Origin: Patescibacteria group bacterium
Lineage (GTDB): Bacteria > Patescibacteriota > UBA1384 > JBBRAU01
Assembly: GCA_038206475.1 (NCBI GenBank)
Contig: JBBRAU010000001.1
Coordinates: 71,235 to 135,234 of the forward strand
Length of the DNA: 64,000 nt
Direction of reading: 5' to 3'
Positions 9,057-19,265 of the stretch are shown piece after piece; position 1 is the stretch's first letter, and the number at the start of each line of letters is the position of its first letter. Made by a program: the position numbers and the translations under genes. The notes under the pieces were generated by a model, which saw only the letters and a program-made list of their open reading frames with translations, ran no database searches and had not been told where the DNA came from.

Positions 9057-9345
9057 GCCACTCGGGAGTGTGCTTAGACGAGCCGGCCAGAGCCGCCGCG
9101 AGCTCTCGGCGGCTCATATTTGCGCATTCGCTGAGGCGATGGGAGATGGCCGTTTTCGCGCTAAGAGCTATAAAAATGGTGTTTTAACGCTTGCTGCGCC
9201 TAGCGCCGCCGCCGCCCATAGTTTGAGTTTAGAGACGACGCATTTACAAACCGAAATTAATACATATTTTGGGGGAAAAGCGGTACGCCAAATTCGCGTT
9301 CGGCCAGAATCAAAAGTCAATAACCAAAGTGAATATGGTCAATAA
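9046..9345 (+). CDS. DUF721-like small protein downstream of recF
   Basis: Conserved position after recF. The ATG at 9046 overlaps the recF stop. 99 aa, basic. Confidence 0.5.
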   Translation: MSLEPLGSVLRRAGQSRRELSAAHICAFAEAMGDGRFRAKSYKNGVLTLAAPSAAAAHSLSLETTHLQTEINTYFGGKAVRQIRVRPESKVNNQSEYGQ

Positions 9346-12300
9346 CTGACTGCGACAAAATGGAGCCGACAGCTGGGTTTTCGGGGTCAAACGGGCCGTC
9401 TTGGTCAAAAGACAGACTCTGTCGCGGCTGCAGGTTAATTGGTAAACCGTACACAAAAACCAAGGCATTGTGGATGGCTGTCTGGGCGGCTGGCCGGAAT
9501 AGCGAGACGTCTTGACTAGCTCTACTAGCTTCAACAATCGCGGCGGTATCAGCACTATCCGGACTTACTAAATTGCCTCGACCTAGAGCGGCAATGGACG
9601 CCAAACTACTATCCGAAAAACTTAATAAATCAATTGAATTGAGTCTGCTGAGCGTCAAACTTGGGTAACTGCCAGCCACAGGTGGATTGGCCCAGGCCGA
9701 CAAGGATGGCAAACCTAGGCCGGCTTTGCCGTCGAGCTGGCTAAAGATGGACTTGTCTAATTTGAAGGTATCAGAGCCGAGTAGGCGTAGCGGGTTGAGC
9801 TGCAGCCTAGCCAAGGTGTTTGACTGGTTGGCCAATATATCGCCTAAATTACCCAAAATAGCCAGCTCGGATAGGCTGTCATATTGCTTTAGTGTGTCGG
9901 TTGTATGCGGATACAGTACGTCCAATTTCTGTAAATATTGAAGCGCGCTCAAGTTATGCAAACTTTGCAGTGCGCTAGCGACCGCGGTTCTTGCGTCGGT
10001 TGGTTCAATGTCTGCATCGGAAATGTCTAGGATCGCACCAGTGCTGTCTAACGTAGCCAGGTGAGAAATATTGAGCCGACCTAGTTGGCGCAGCTCGCCC
10101 AGGTAGCGCAAACTGTCCAGCGCCGCTAAATCATGCGTGACGGGCAGGTCGGAGCCACTCTGGATATTGCCGAGTGCCTCGAGACTGGAGAGTGCCTGGA
10201 GCGAGTCTAAGCTGTTGGTTAGCGCTTTAATAGCTGGCGTATCGGCGGTGGCGCCGACTGGATTCGGTAGGTTGTTCATGCCATCAATTGCTTGCCCCAA
10301 GCCTTTGAGTTGATCAAGCGTGGCAAGTACGCTCAGGACCTTACTGAGATCACCGCCGTTTTGCTGCTCATACTTGGTGACCGCCGCATTAAAATCTTTG
10401 ACGCTACTTACATATTGATCCAGGTCTCGGCTGAAGCTATCGCCCCAGCCGAAGAAGGAGCCAACTAAATCTTTAACCACACCGGCAACAATTGGGCCGG
10501 CGATCGGACCAAAGGTAGTGTTGCAGTAGGCGTCGATGGCGGCATTAGCAAGTGACTCAGCGCTAATATCTCCTGACAACACTTGTTTGATGGCGGCCGC
10601 TTCGGCTGGCGTGAACTGTTGGTCGAGTTGTTTTTCCAAACTATCGATTGCCTGCTGCTTGGCCTTAGCCTCAGCTTCGGCGACCGCTGATTTGATCGGC
10701 TGGGTAATTTGCTCGGCATATTGCTGTCTGACATACCGCGACATTGCTTGTTTGACAGCAGCGGCATCAAAATTGGCATCTTTTATATACTGGTCAACCA
10801 CTTGGTTCAGTTGGCGCAGACCATCGGTTGCTGCTTGGATATCCTGGCCGATCTGGCTCTGACTAATGGCTTGGCTAACCGCTTGTTTGGCCGCCGCTTG
10901 CAGCGCTTGCTTGTTGAGACTGGCTTTTAGGTCGTTGTACTGACTCTTGAGACCGACAATTTGTTGTGTGACTTGAGCGTCAATCGCCGCTTGGGCATTT
11001 TTGACCGCCTGATTAATTAGTACTCGTAGGCTAGTTGAAACGGCGGATCGCAGATCGCTAGCGCTGCGGTTTGTCCGCTGAAGGATAGGTTGCACGGTTC
11101 GGTTGATCTCGTCGTGGACAGCGCTCTGACTAATTATTGCCTCGGACAGGTTGAGGCTGCGCAGCGCCTGAATCACGCTTTCCTCTATTGTTGCTGAGTC
11201 AGCGCTACTCGGCGAGGTGCTGCTAAGGCTAAGCACGGTCGGGTCCACCCGGCTGAGCGCCTGATTCAGCAAGCTCTGCACGTCCCACTGCTTGAGCCGG
11301 TCATTTAGGGTTTGTTGTAGTGCCTGTTTGATAGAGGCCTCGTCGAGCTGTTTAACCGCCAGCGCAACTTGCATTGCCTGATCAATTTGAGCGCTGGTTT
11401 GCGGATCAAGGCTAATTTGCGGCGTGAGCTGGTTAAATTTATCACGTAGTTGCTGCTTGACGGTTTGAATATCGGTTTTAGCCTGCTTGGCTTGATCGAT
11501 AATTTGATTAACCTGCTGAACCGTCTCGGCAGCGCTCTCTTGTTGTTCGGTCCAGCCGCCTTGGCTGTGGCGGTTCTGGGCAGCCTTACTGACCTGCTGA
11601 AGCACGGTATTTAAGTCGATGTCGCCGCCTTGCTGGGCGGTTTGTATAATGATGGTTTCAAAATCGTTCTCGGCTAATGCTGATTCAAGCGGATCTGCGT
11701 TGCTATCGTCGCCTTGGCCGGCTGTATGCACTTTCTCCGCCTTCTCAATAACCGTTTGGCCGGCGGTGACCACTGGTTGCAGTGCTTGGCGTCGTGCCAC
11801 GGAAGTGCGCGATTCACGGACAAGTTTATCGAGTGTGGAAAAGGTGCTGTCCAATGTTAGGAAAAATGCGGACCAGTGCGCGGCTTGCGTTTGGGTAGGC
11901 CAGAAAGCGCTGGTGAAACCTAGTCGAGCTAAGGGATTTGGCTGTCCGGCATGAAGCTGATTGAGCGGCTTGGTGGGGTCATACTGACCGCGCAAGTCAT
12001 GCTGGTGCCGCTCGGCCCTGAGGCTACCGATAAAGCTATTCCAAGCGACACCAACCGGCTGCCATTCAGTTTGGTTGAGCAGGCTGGGGAAGGTGGGTAA
12101 TTTTTTGTAGTTTTGGTTGAATGTTTGGTAGAGGGCGATGGCATTGCTCTGATCAGTGGCTGTTTTGGCCTCGGGTTGCAGTGTTTGGGCTAGGCTTTTT
12201 AGTAACGGGATTGCGGCGGCGTTCAAATCGTCATTGGTGCTTCTGGCCCAACCGAGCTTGGTTGGGATGAGCCGGCCGCTGCCAACCTCGCTAACTGTAC

Positions 12301-13033
12301 CGAGGGCAAATACGTCCACTGCCTGGCCGAGAGTGTGGCTAGAGATAACCGGCACCTTACCCGGATCTTGCTCTCGTGAGAGGAGTGGCTCTTGCACACC
12401 GACCGGGGGGTTGGTGGCGTAGCCGTCGCGAATGGAGGCTTCAACGTGGCCGAACTGACGGCCCAGTTCATCGAGTAGTTGGATGACGCGGGCATCTACC
12501 TCGCAGTCGGCCGGCTTACTCTGGCAGGTTTGTAAATCAGTAATGTCGGTAGCTGGCAGTACGTAGCGGCCAAGCGCACTCTGGCCGCTACCGGTAGCTT
12601 TTGGCGCACTAGCCACGATGTTTTTGAGGGCAGTTTGTGCGCTTTGGCTGCTGGATAGCTTTTGGAAACTGGTGCGCGGCGTAGCCTGGTCGCTGCTGTT
12701 TTGCATTGAGACTGCCACGATAAAGAGCAGCAGAAGAAGAAGCAAGATGCCAACAACCCATACCCAGGGGTTGGCGACCGCAACTGTTTCGAGCAGTTTG
12801 GCGGCCGCCTGTTTGGCGATATTTTTTACTTCCGATTTAACCACTTTTTTCGTGGCGGCCTCTCCTTTTTTCACCAAACGCTGTGCCCCCTCCCGCACCG
12901 CCTCGGTCGGTGACTGATTGCCTGCAGGCGATTCCGTCTGATCTGCCGTTTCGTCTTGATCATCAATATCGTCAACCTCGGGCGGGGTTGTGGGTGGCGG
13001 AGTAGCGATGAGAGATTCTGGGTCACTGGCCAT
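9317..13033 (-). CDS. Giant secreted or surface protein: Pro-rich N-terminus, one TM anchor, long coiled or alpha region, C-terminal leucine-rich-repeat-like region
   Basis: ~1238 aa. The start was moved to the ATG at 13033 (MASDPESL), which has GGAGG 8 nt upstream. TM VWVVGILLLLLLLFIVAV. The C-terminal third has repeated L..L..L..L.N patterns (DLAALDSLRYLGELRQLGRLNISHLATLD..). Confidence 0.55.
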   Translation of the reverse strand: MASDPESLIATPPPTTPPEVDDIDDQDETADQTESPAGNQSPTEAVREGAQRLVKKGEAATKKVVKSEVKNIAKQAAAKLLETVAVANPWVWVVGILLLLLLLFIVAVSMQNSSDQATPRTSFQKLSSSQSAQTALKNIVASAPKATGSGQSALGRYVLPATDITDLQTCQSKPADCEVDARVIQLLDELGRQFGHVEASIRDGYATNPPVGVQEPLLSREQDPGKVPVISSHTLGQAVDVFALGTVSEVGSGRLIPTKLGWARSTNDDLNAAAIPLLKSLAQTLQPEAKTATDQSNAIALYQTFNQNYKKLPTFPSLLNQTEWQPVGVAWNSFIGSLRAERHQHDLRGQYDPTKPLNQLHAGQPNPLARLGFTSAFWPTQTQAAHWSAFFLTLDSTFSTLDKLVRESRTSVARRQALQPVVTAGQTVIEKAEKVHTAGQGDDSNADPLESALAENDFETIIIQTAQQGGDIDLNTVLQQVSKAAQNRHSQGGWTEQQESAAETVQQVNQIIDQAKQAKTDIQTVKQQLRDKFNQLTPQISLDPQTSAQIDQAMQVALAVKQLDEASIKQALQQTLNDRLKQWDVQSLLNQALSRVDPTVLSLSSTSPSSADSATIEESVIQALRSLNLSEAIISQSAVHDEINRTVQPILQRTNRSASDLRSAVSTSLRVLINQAVKNAQAAIDAQVTQQIVGLKSQYNDLKASLNKQALQAAAKQAVSQAISQSQIGQDIQAATDGLRQLNQVVDQYIKDANFDAAAVKQAMSRYVRQQYAEQITQPIKSAVAEAEAKAKQQAIDSLEKQLDQQFTPAEAAAIKQVLSGDISAESLANAAIDAYCNTTFGPIAGPIVAGVVKDLVGSFFGWGDSFSRDLDQYVSSVKDFNAAVTKYEQQNGGDLSKVLSVLATLDQLKGLGQAIDGMNNLPNPVGATADTPAIKALTNSLDSLQALSSLEALGNIQSGSDLPVTHDLAALDSLRYLGELRQLGRLNISHLATLDSTGAILDISDADIEPTDARTAVASALQSLHNLSALQYLQKLDVLYPHTTDTLKQYDSLSELAILGNLGDILANQSNTLARLQLNPLRLLGSDTFKLDKSIFSQLDGKAGLGLPSLSAWANPPVAGSYPSLTLSRLNSIDLLSFSDSSLASIAALGRGNLVSPDSADTAAIVEASRASQDVSLFRPAAQTAIHNALVFVYGLPINLQPRQSLSFDQDGPFDPENPAVGSILSQSVIDHIHFGY

Positions 13034-14195
13034 CTGGGGCCTCCGGGTCAACGCTCCAGAGCGTTTGGCCGCTCTCGAAGTACAAGCTGGTGTTGGCTGA
13101 CGGCCAGAGCAGCTTGTCGGGATGATGAGTCGTTGTGGCGGTATAGAACAGCGGAGTTTGTCGGCCGGCAGTATCAACACGCATTAGTTGGTCTGAGTTG
13201 CCAGTTTTCGGCACCGCCGCAAGCAGGTGGTTTTGGTTGTCAAAGGCAGTTTTAGTCAGTGTTGTGGTGATAGAGTCTCCGATGAGTTGGCCACGGGCTA
13301 CATTAACCAACTGGACTGACCGGCCGCCAATAGACAATGCGGCCAGTAAACCGCTACGTGCCAGTAAGAAGTCGGTTACGGTCGCGCCGGAGCTTAAGCC
13401 GGCCACTTCTTTGGTTAGCAGGTCAACGGCACGAAAACTTTGGTCAGCTACCAAGTACATATGGCCGCCGTCAGGGGCAAAACGCAGCCGGCTGACCGCC
13501 TTAATATCTGGCAGGACAATACTTTTACTAATGTGCTCAAAGGTGCTGTCAAAGAGTTGCAGCTGCAGCGGTTGGCTAGGCAATATTTGGATGGCGGCAG
13601 CCTGCTTGCCGTCGAAAGACCAAATCGGCTGGCTAAGCGAGTCGTCTAGCTTGCGCTCGGTTTGGTGCAATAGATCGCGGCGGTCAAAGCTAAACAAGCT
13701 ATATGCGCCGCTACGGCGGATGAGTGCCAGAAACCCATCGGGACTAAACTGAATATCGTCAGCCGGTGGGTTTAGTGTGCTTAAAATTGTCGTCAATCGG
13801 CTACCGTCCGGTGAACTAAAGAGCGGCGCTTGCACAATATAGCGGCCGCTTGCGGTCAAAAAGCGAATCGTTTGGCTGGTGACGAGCCAGTTGCCGCGGC
13901 TGCCACTGGCAGCCAACGGCTTTGGCTCAGGGATGCGCCGCAGATGCAGGGCAAAGCTGGTTGTCAGTAATGGTTTGATGGTGATGATTTGGCTGGTCGG
14001 CACATAGCCGTCATGGCTAACGGCTAGTTGATATTGACCCGGCCGCAGCCGGCTGCCGCTGGCAACGCTTTTGCCTTCCAGCTGAGCTGAACTGTCCTCT
14101 GGCCAAACTGCCAACGTCAATTTTCCTTGTCTGAGTAGCCAAACACTGCCGGCTAGCAGCGCAAGAATGATCACGACTACGCCAGAGCGTTTCAT
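13023..14195 (-). CDS. Secreted protein with N-terminal anchor and beta-propeller-like repeats (T4SS-cluster associated)
   Basis: N-terminal TM or signal MKRSGVVVIILALLAGSVWLL. Repetitive beta-strand-rich sequence. Overlaps the next gene by 4 nt. Confidence 0.45.
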   Translation of the reverse strand: MKRSGVVVIILALLAGSVWLLRQGKLTLAVWPEDSSAQLEGKSVASGSRLRPGQYQLAVSHDGYVPTSQIITIKPLLTTSFALHLRRIPEPKPLAASGSRGNWLVTSQTIRFLTASGRYIVQAPLFSSPDGSRLTTILSTLNPPADDIQFSPDGFLALIRRSGAYSLFSFDRRDLLHQTERKLDDSLSQPIWSFDGKQAAAIQILPSQPLQLQLFDSTFEHISKSIVLPDIKAVSRLRFAPDGGHMYLVADQSFRAVDLLTKEVAGLSSGATVTDFLLARSGLLAALSIGGRSVQLVNVARGQLIGDSITTTLTKTAFDNQNHLLAAVPKTGNSDQLMRVDTAGRQTPLFYTATTTHHPDKLLWPSANTSLYFESGQTLWSVDPEAPDGQ

Positions 14196-14878
14196 GTTTG
14201 AATCTTCCAGACAATGTGTAACTTGCTTGGGTCAAGGCCGATGCTTTTTACCCAGTTTAGAGCATCTTGCTTGGCATTATCTACGGCCTGGCTCCACTCG
14301 GCATCAGCCATCGGCCGATTGAGCGGCATGGTGATCGTAAAGGTGTAGCTGTCTTGTGCTTCGTCATAATCAACCAAGGTTAGCGGCGGCCCGGGCTCAT
14401 CCGGCGGCAGGTGTTTGAGGAGCGGATGGGCGTCAAGGTAGGCATCTTGGCGCGCCGCATACTGTTCGTCAGAACGACCAAGCAGCGTTATCGCGGCCTC
14501 GTCTTTGCTCGCTGCGTCAGTGGTTGTTGTGAAGTGAAAACGATATGTGCTGCGCAGTCGGCCAACGTGGACGGTGACGGTATATTGTGTACTCGCCTCA
14601 AGCACTGCGCTAGCCCAAAAAAACAGGGTCTTACTATTTGCACCGCTTGTTTTTGGTGCCCAGTCAGCTGTGGGCTGGCTGGTGACAATAACTGAGTTGG
14701 CTGACAGAGCGCGATTAAAAGTGAGTTGAAGCCCCTGGTCTAGCGGAACGTCTACGGCGCCGTCGAGAGGCAGTACGCTGGCCAATCGGGCTTGCCGGTG
14801 AGCGAGGAATAGAAAAATCGCAACTATCGCTAGCGCAATAACTCCGCCAAGAACAAGCCGGCGTTTGTCCATTATCAT
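14192..14878 (-). CDS. Membrane-anchored hypothetical protein (T4SS-cluster associated)
   Basis: N-terminal TM LVLGGVIALAIVAIFLFLA; ATGA overlap with the upstream gene. Confidence 0.45.
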   Translation of the reverse strand: MIMDKRRLVLGGVIALAIVAIFLFLAHRQARLASVLPLDGAVDVPLDQGLQLTFNRALSANSVIVTSQPTADWAPKTSGANSKTLFFWASAVLEASTQYTVTVHVGRLRSTYRFHFTTTTDAASKDEAAITLLGRSDEQYAARQDAYLDAHPLLKHLPPDEPGPPLTLVDYDEAQDSYTFTITMPLNRPMADAEWSQAVDNAKQDALNWVKSIGLDPSKLHIVWKIQT

Positions 14879-16113
14879 TGCTTTACCCTTCCCCAGCCTA
14901 GTGGAGTATCACCACCTCTTTTTCCAAGGCTGTTGCCTTGACGCGGGAAGTTGGCGGTCGTTTTGCTATGGACGTCTGATTGTCTCACTTCAATTTGGTT
15001 GTCAGAAACAGCGGTAATAACAGCCACGTGGCCAAACTTATTGGCCCGCCCATCGTTAATGAAGAGAGTATCTCCTGGCTGAGGAGCACCAGCTCCATTA
15101 TTGATATAGATTTGGTTTTTCTGAAAATACTCAGCCATATTTTGAACACCAAGCAGAGCGGTAATATTTGGCGTCAGAGGATGCCCGGCTTGCTGGTAGG
15201 CCAAAATCGGTAAGTAGGTGCACCACAGACGGCCGGTCTGTTTTGGAGCGCCTGGAGTAATGAGGTCGGGGAATCTTGGATCAAAAGCGATAATGTTGAC
15301 AGTCGTGCCAGGGTTGTCGATGCTTGGGAACGCACGGCGTTGCAGCTCATTGGCGATTCTAATAGCATTAGCCACCACTTGAGCTTGCAGACCGCTACTG
15401 GGGCCGCCTTGACTCTCAAAACCGACACAGGTGCCGGACAATGCTGTGAAGTTGCCGCTGGCGTCATAGACGGCTTGGTTGAGTAATGCGTAGACGGTGT
15501 AGGCGCCATTGCGGCTGTCGGTTTTGCCGAGAAAATTCATGTGTGTGTGGCCGGCGTCAATATTATTCATGACATAAGCCGAGCGGTCGGGGACAGGCGC
15601 GGAACCGGTGCCATTATAGCGCCAGAGCGCTTCTTTAATGAGTTCTGGGTCAGAGCTCAGTTTCTTGCCTCCGACCAGCTTGCCTTTTACTTTGTCGGTT
15701 AAGAAGGTGGCGGCTTTTAAGACGGCTTTTGGGAAATTACTCAGTGCTGGGTCATTTGGGTTCTGCAGATGCAGGTCATGCAGGCCCATTGGCCCTTCGC
15801 CATTGGGCGGGTTCGCTGGGCTCATGCCACTCTCGCGGTAATGCATACCGGCCAGCACCGCCCACGGTACGCCAGTCGCACTTTCGGCTTGCTTGTAAAC
15901 GGCGAGGTTGTGATTGAGGTTAGCCGTTACGTCTTTTTCGAATTCTTTATCAATATTGGCCCCAGCGCACTGCGTGTTGCTGAGCACGTTACCGGAGCTA
16001 TCGCCCGTGAGCGGCGTTGTGTCCGAGCCGCCGAGCAAGATGAGCACCCCGCCAACGGTGGCGACGCTAACTAAAATGATAAGTGCAATGCGGGTCATTA
16101 CGCTCCGTGACAA
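14875..16113 (-). CDS. Cell-wall hydrolase with lytic-transglycosylase-like and C-terminal CHAP domains (VirB1/PrgK/TraG-like)
   Basis: N-terminal TM, an ES-containing SLT-like segment (YRESGMSPANPPNGEGPMGLH) and a C-terminal CHAP-like segment (GDTLFINDGRANKFGHVAVITAV). Confidence 0.6.
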   Translation of the reverse strand: MSRSVMTRIALIILVSVATVGGVLILLGGSDTTPLTGDSSGNVLSNTQCAGANIDKEFEKDVTANLNHNLAVYKQAESATGVPWAVLAGMHYRESGMSPANPPNGEGPMGLHDLHLQNPNDPALSNFPKAVLKAATFLTDKVKGKLVGGKKLSSDPELIKEALWRYNGTGSAPVPDRSAYVMNNIDAGHTHMNFLGKTDSRNGAYTVYALLNQAVYDASGNFTALSGTCVGFESQGGPSSGLQAQVVANAIRIANELQRRAFPSIDNPGTTVNIIAFDPRFPDLITPGAPKQTGRLWCTYLPILAYQQAGHPLTPNITALLGVQNMAEYFQKNQIYINNGAGAPQPGDTLFINDGRANKFGHVAVITAVSDNQIEVRQSDVHSKTTANFPRQGNSLGKRGGDTPLGWGRVKQ

Positions 16114-17327
16114 CCGCGATTGGGCAGGCCAAAGTACAGATCATATTTCGTACAAGAGACGGCCTGGCCGCCATCTTGTAGCTCAAAGTGTAGATGCGAA
16201 CCACAGGGGTGGGCGTAGATGGCCGCTAACTGAGTGCCGCGCGCAACTCTGTAGACGCCGGACGCATTGGCTGGAATTACTCCGGCCGTTGTCACGTGGG
16301 CGTAGTAAGCATGGTAGCGGCCGTCATCTGAGCGAAAATCAATACCTTGGCCTACAATTTGACCTTGGCAGCGGCCGGCACCATGTTGACGTAGCAATCC
16401 AGTGGCTTTAGCGGTACCATCGGCAATCGCATATACTGGCGTACCGGTGCTAACAGGTAAGTCGCCGCCGGACGCGTCGCCTTGGCCACGATTGATATAA
16501 AAACTATGGTCAGTGTGAGTGCGCGGCTGCGGTTCTGATTTACCGAGGGGCGCCGTTAACTTGCCAATGCCGGGTAGTGCCCGCGGCACTGCAGACACAA
16601 GCTGCGGGCAGTCGGTAGTAATCTCGCTGAGTGCATCGCGAACGTTGTTAAGCCATGGCACACAGAGCTTGTTACTGGCTGGGTCGCCACAATATTTCAT
16701 CTCCAAAGAGTTAAGATCGGTGATGCCCTTCTTAAAATAAACGCGGGCTAGGTAAGGGCCGGCGTAGGCGATGCTATCCTCAAAACTGCCAAAAACTTTA
16801 AAGTAGCGATCCTGTAGGTGAATGTTTTGTTCCGTTTTGGGGTTGGCAACCGTAATATTAAACGGATTGTGGGCGTACACCCCGTTGAAGTCCATGATCG
16901 TGCGATTGGGCGGCAAGGCTAGCGAAGTCTCCATGCTGGCGATTGCCACCAAGAGGGCCGGATTATAAGCGTAGCCTTCCTGCGCTTGGGCTTGGTCGGT
17001 AGCGGCAGTGATGAAGTTGACGCCCAGTGTTTTAAGCGGCGACTTGCCGCCGGATTTTTTATCAATCCATTGATTTAAACAAATAGCCGCGGCCGCGCGG
17101 TCGGCCAGTGGTGGGGCCCCTAAATTATCGATCAGGCCGGCATTGGTTTGATTCTCGCCGCCGGCCAAGTTGGCTAAGCGCAAGAAAGCAGATCCAACAC
17201 TAATGACGGCCGCGATCACTAGAGCAATGGAGGCGCCAATCAGGATAATGGAAGCACTGCTAAGCAGGCCGCCGGCTATGATTGAGGCGGCTAGGCCATT
17301 TTTGTTGGGGGAGCTCGGACTGGCCAT
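16098..17327 (-). CDS. M23/LytM family metallopeptidase, membrane anchored
   Basis: C-terminal HxH motif GSHLHFELQD typical of M23; N-terminal TM. Confidence 0.65.
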   Translation of the reverse strand: MASPSSPNKNGLAASIIAGGLLSSASIILIGASIALVIAAVISVGSAFLRLANLAGGENQTNAGLIDNLGAPPLADRAAAAICLNQWIDKKSGGKSPLKTLGVNFITAATDQAQAQEGYAYNPALLVAIASMETSLALPPNRTIMDFNGVYAHNPFNITVANPKTEQNIHLQDRYFKVFGSFEDSIAYAGPYLARVYFKKGITDLNSLEMKYCGDPASNKLCVPWLNNVRDALSEITTDCPQLVSAVPRALPGIGKLTAPLGKSEPQPRTHTDHSFYINRGQGDASGGDLPVSTGTPVYAIADGTAKATGLLRQHGAGRCQGQIVGQGIDFRSDDGRYHAYYAHVTTAGVIPANASGVYRVARGTQLAAIYAHPCGSHLHFELQDGGQAVSCTKYDLYFGLPNRGCHGA

Positions 17328-17345
17328 GGGTGCAATCTCCCTAAA

Positions 17346-19265
17346 TTACGCTTGAGCGATCGGCGGTGGAGGTTGAGGCACAGAAGCGGGATCAGGTGGC
17401 GTAGGAGCGACCGGTGTTGCGTCGGTTACAGCAGGGGGCTCGGTCGCTGCGACTACTGCGGCTGGCTCTGTCGCTGGGGTCTCGATAGGCGGGGCTGCCG
17501 GTGTAGTTGGCTGCAAGAGCAGCCGCGGATCAGAGTTAATCATTTGATCTTCGGTGTATGAGGCAACAATCTTAATGGCCACATGGTTTAAGCCGGCAAA
17601 TAACAGACCCTCACCGACGTCGCTCTCCAGTAGCAGATACTTCTCGCCTTCGGTTAAATTAAACGTCTCGGCCACTTTATCAATTGAGGCCGGCGACTGC
17701 TTTAGCAGCAGCTGTAGCGAGGAGTTGGAGACAACCGCTTTGCCGTATTTTGAGTCTAAGAAATCTTCAACGTCCTGTGAGATGACCGTTAGTGCCAGGT
17801 AGTACTTGCGGGCGCGTTTGGCCAAGCCAAACAGGAAGCGGGCGGTGTCTTCGTGCTGCATCATCCACCACGCCTCATCAATGATTAAGATGCGCGGCCG
17901 CGTTTCATGGCGAATGGTGTTCCAAATGTAGGTTAAGACCAAATACATAGCGACCGGCCGCAGCTCCTCTTCAAGGTCGCGGATGGAGAAGACGGTGAAG
18001 CCCGGATTTAAACTGAAGTTGGTCGGCTTGTTGAACAAGCCGGAAAAGGTGCCGGTAGTGTACTTTTCTAAGCGCGACAAGAGCGAGCCAGAGCCTTGCA
18101 TATTGGCCAGCACGGCGGTGAGGTCAGCCATTGTCGGCGGCGGATTTTGGTGCGTCGCTGGGTCAACGGTAATATCGCGCAGAGCGTATGTTTCAAACAC
18201 GGCACGGTCCAATAGTGCATCTTCCTCTGGTGTTAGTTGGCCGAGCATTAACGACAGTAGGCCGTGTAGGGTGATGACGGCCGAGCGCAACACCTCCTCG
18301 CCTGACTCATCACTCTCAATAGTCAGCGGCAGGTCAAATGGGTTAATGCGCTGTTCAGAGTTTAAGGACAGCGGTAAGTAGCTGCCGCCGACGCCCTCGG
18401 CCAGAGCTTTGTACTCGTTCTCCGGATCAATAATGATGACGTCAACGCCAAACATCAGCGAGCGCAAGGCCTCTAACTTCACCGCATACGATTTGCCTGA
18501 GCCAGATTTAGCCAGCACCACCATATTGGCGTTCTCGAGGGAGAAGCGGTCAAACAGAATGAGCGAGTTATTGTGCCGGTTGATGCCGTACAGCACGCCT
18601 TCGTTTGAGGTTAGGGTAGCCGAGACGAAGGGGAACGAGGTGGACAGCGAGCCGGTGTCGAGGTTGCGCAAAACTTGCAGCTGGTCGTTGGCTAGCGGCA
18701 GGGTGCTATTGAAGCCTTGTTCAGTGCGCAGCAGCGCCGGTTTGGTGTAGATGAGTAGGCCGCCCAAGGTGGACTCGAGCCGGCGCAAATTATCATCCAG
18801 CTCTTTTTGCGATTTAGCGTAGAGCGTGAAGTAAATGCCAACGTGGAATAGGCGCAGCTCACCCTTCTGCAAAACGTCGCGCAACTCTTCAACATCGCCG
18901 AGGGCCGTGTCAAGCTCTGGGTCGCGGGCCAGGCCCTTGTCCTGCTGAATGACGCGGCTGGACTCTAGCCGCCCAACTTGTTTCTTGAGCTGCGTCATGA
19001 CCTTCTCAGACTCTTGCGGGTAAATGTAGATGCTCACGTCAAGCTCAAGGTCTGAGTTAATCAGTGGTGATAGCCAGTTGGTTTGCACGTAACGCGGGTA
19101 AGTGTAGACGTAGAGCGTTTGGCAAAAGTAGCTGCCAAGCTGCAGGGCGTTTGGCGTAATCTGGACCGCTGCCGGCGCAATAATGTCTAAGAGCGACGAG
19201 GCGCCCGACTCAACTGCTGCGCTGTCGATATTCTCCTGCGAGGGTTTGGCTGGCCAGAGCTTCAC
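17346..19265 (-). CDS. virB4: Type IV secretion/conjugation ATPase, VirB4 family (PrgJ/TrsE-like)
   Basis: Walker A LAKSGSGKS, Walker B IIIDEAW, and a Gram-positive VirB4-style N-terminal domain; 639 aa. Confidence 0.85.
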   Translation of the reverse strand: MKLWPAKPSQENIDSAAVESGASSLLDIIAPAAVQITPNALQLGSYFCQTLYVYTYPRYVQTNWLSPLINSDLELDVSIYIYPQESEKVMTQLKKQVGRLESSRVIQQDKGLARDPELDTALGDVEELRDVLQKGELRLFHVGIYFTLYAKSQKELDDNLRRLESTLGGLLIYTKPALLRTEQGFNSTLPLANDQLQVLRNLDTGSLSTSFPFVSATLTSNEGVLYGINRHNNSLILFDRFSLENANMVVLAKSGSGKSYAVKLEALRSLMFGVDVIIIDPENEYKALAEGVGGSYLPLSLNSEQRINPFDLPLTIESDESGEEVLRSAVITLHGLLSLMLGQLTPEEDALLDRAVFETYALRDITVDPATHQNPPPTMADLTAVLANMQGSGSLLSRLEKYTTGTFSGLFNKPTNFSLNPGFTVFSIRDLEEELRPVAMYLVLTYIWNTIRHETRPRILIIDEAWWMMQHEDTARFLFGLAKRARKYYLALTVISQDVEDFLDSKYGKAVVSNSSLQLLLKQSPASIDKVAETFNLTEGEKYLLLESDVGEGLLFAGLNHVAIKIVASYTEDQMINSDPRLLLQPTTPAAPPIETPATEPAAVVAATEPPAVTDATPVAPTPPDPASVPQPPPPIAQA